NCBI GenBank assembly: GCA_038229475.1 | Contig: JBBROK010000026.1 | Coordinates: 1,354-65,353 of the forward strand | Reading direction: 5' to 3' | From: Bryobacterales bacterium | Lineage (GTDB): Bacteria > Acidobacteriota > Terriglobia > Bryobacterales > Bryobacteraceae | Length of the DNA stretch: 64,000 nucleotides | In this document: one piece after another, positions 63,039 to 64,000 of the stretch | Layout: the number at the start of each line of letters is the position of its first letter | Numbering within the stretch: the first letter of the stretch is position 1 | The notes under the pieces: generated by a model | Seen by the model: the letters and a program-made list of their open reading frames with translations, nothing else | Databases searched by the model: none | What the model was told of the DNA's origin: nothing | Position numbers and translations under genes: made by a program

Positions 63039-64000
63039 CTACTGAAGATTCTCTCCAAACCAGGCAATGGTCCGCTCCAGAATGTCCCGCGAGTGCTCCG
63101 GCTTCTGAATGGCGTGCCCTTCGCCCGGGTAGATCACCATCTTCGTCTTCACGCCCTGCGTCTTGAGCGCATGCCAGAACTCATAGGATTGCGGCGGCGG
63201 ACACTCCGCATCGCTATCGCCCACCAGAATCAACGTCGGCGTCTTCACCTGCTTGATAAATGTCATGGGCGAGCTTCGCGCATAAACGCCCGGATCGTCA
63301 TACACTGACGCCCCGAAATACGGGATCATCCACTGATCAATCAGGTTCTCCCCGTAGTAACTCTGCCAGTTTGCAATTCCCGCTCCCGCCACAGCGGCAT
63401 GAAAGCGTCCGCTCTGCGTCACCGTCCACATCGTCATGTAGCCGCCGTAACTCCATCCGCCAATGCCCACGCGGTTGGTATCCACCGGCACCGTCGCAAT
63501 GGCTTTATCCACGCCCGCCACAATGTCCCGCAGGTCGCCATAGCCGAAATCTTTCACATTGGCTTTCGTATAAGTCTCGCCTGCCCCATAGCTTCCCCGC
63601 GGATTCGGAAACAATACAAAGTACCCCTGGCTGGATAGCGCACTCAAATCAAACCCCGCCGGCCACGACGGTCGCTTGGCCGACGCCGGCCCGCCATGCA
63701 CCGAGACCACCATCGGATACTTCTTCGCCGCATCGTAGTTCACCGGATACATCAGCCAGCCCGATACGTCGAAGCCATCTGTAGTCCAGTGCAGCTTCTC
63801 CGTCTTCCCCCACAGCGGCTTCAGCGCGTCATTGGCGTGCGTGCGCTTCGTCCATTCGCCTATAGGTCCCGCCCATACTTCCGGTGCCTGTGTCCAGGAA
63901 CTGCGCACGGTAGCCAGGGTTCGGCCATCGCTTGCCACCGCCACCGTGTCATCGCCGGCCCGCACGGATTCATCGCCGCGCCACAGCGTCTCAATCTCCC
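63039..64000 (-). CDS. S9 family serine peptidase, C-terminal catalytic domain (5' end off-window)
   Basis: GGWSYGGYM nucleophile elbow, GDSDAECP Asp and GEGHA His. The frame appears open to the window edge. Confidence 0.85.
   Translation of the reverse strand, partial: EIETLWRGDESVRAGDDTVAVASDGRTLATVRSSWTQAPEVWAGPIGEWTKRTHANDALKPLWGKTEKLHWTTDGFDVSGWLMYPVNYDAAKKYPMVVSVHGGPASAKRPSWPAGFDLSALSSQGYFVLFPNPRGSYGAGETYTKANVKDFGYGDLRDIVAGVDKAIATVPVDTNRVGIGGWSYGGYMTMWTVTQSGRFHAAVAGAGIANWQSYYGENLIDQWMIPYFGASVYDDPGVYARSSPMTFIKQVKTPTLILVGDSDAECPPPQSYEFWHALKTQGVKTKMVIYPGEGHAIQKPEHSRDILERTIAWFGENLQ

Overview
High-GC chromosomal segment (about 63% G+C in the one backbone line I counted). It is most consistent with an Acidobacteriota genome of the Solibacter/Bryobacter type. 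The evidence is a PEP-CTERM protein, a 1363-aa surface protein ending in what I recognise as the Solibacter-type C-terminal domain, and three sigma/anti-sigma modules in 64 kb. I support about 60 protein genes and one tRNA-Pro(GGG). I saw no rRNA, CRISPR array, transposase or integrase. Housekeeping content includes parA-parB, cspA, infA, wecB plus a DegT aminotransferase, nadA-nadC, a membrane pyrophosphatase, acpP-fabF-etfBA, a TrmJ-like methyltransferase and two S9 peptidases. The points most worth a second look are listed here. (1) A TPR-CHAT caspase-like protease gene is translationally coupled (ATGA) to an ECF-type sigma/anti-sigma pair. (2) An AAA_5 ATPase is paired with a 600-aa partner that has no visible VWA domain. 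(3) A low-GC, about 3.5 kb island lies directly 3' of tRNA-Pro. It carries secreted proteins and a tandem ribbon-helix-helix protein, but no integrase. (4) fabF has a conserved N-terminus that can only be reached from an ATT codon behind a strong Shine-Dalgarno site. (5) A sigma-factor gene has its region-4.2 helix-turn-helix broken by one extra base in an A5G4 run. (6) A near-consensus promoter sits so that the DUF4143 ATPase mRNA would be leaderless. (7) A five-gene ECF operon is chained by 4-nt start/stop overlaps. All family names come from motif recognition by eye and need HMM or BLAST confirmation.
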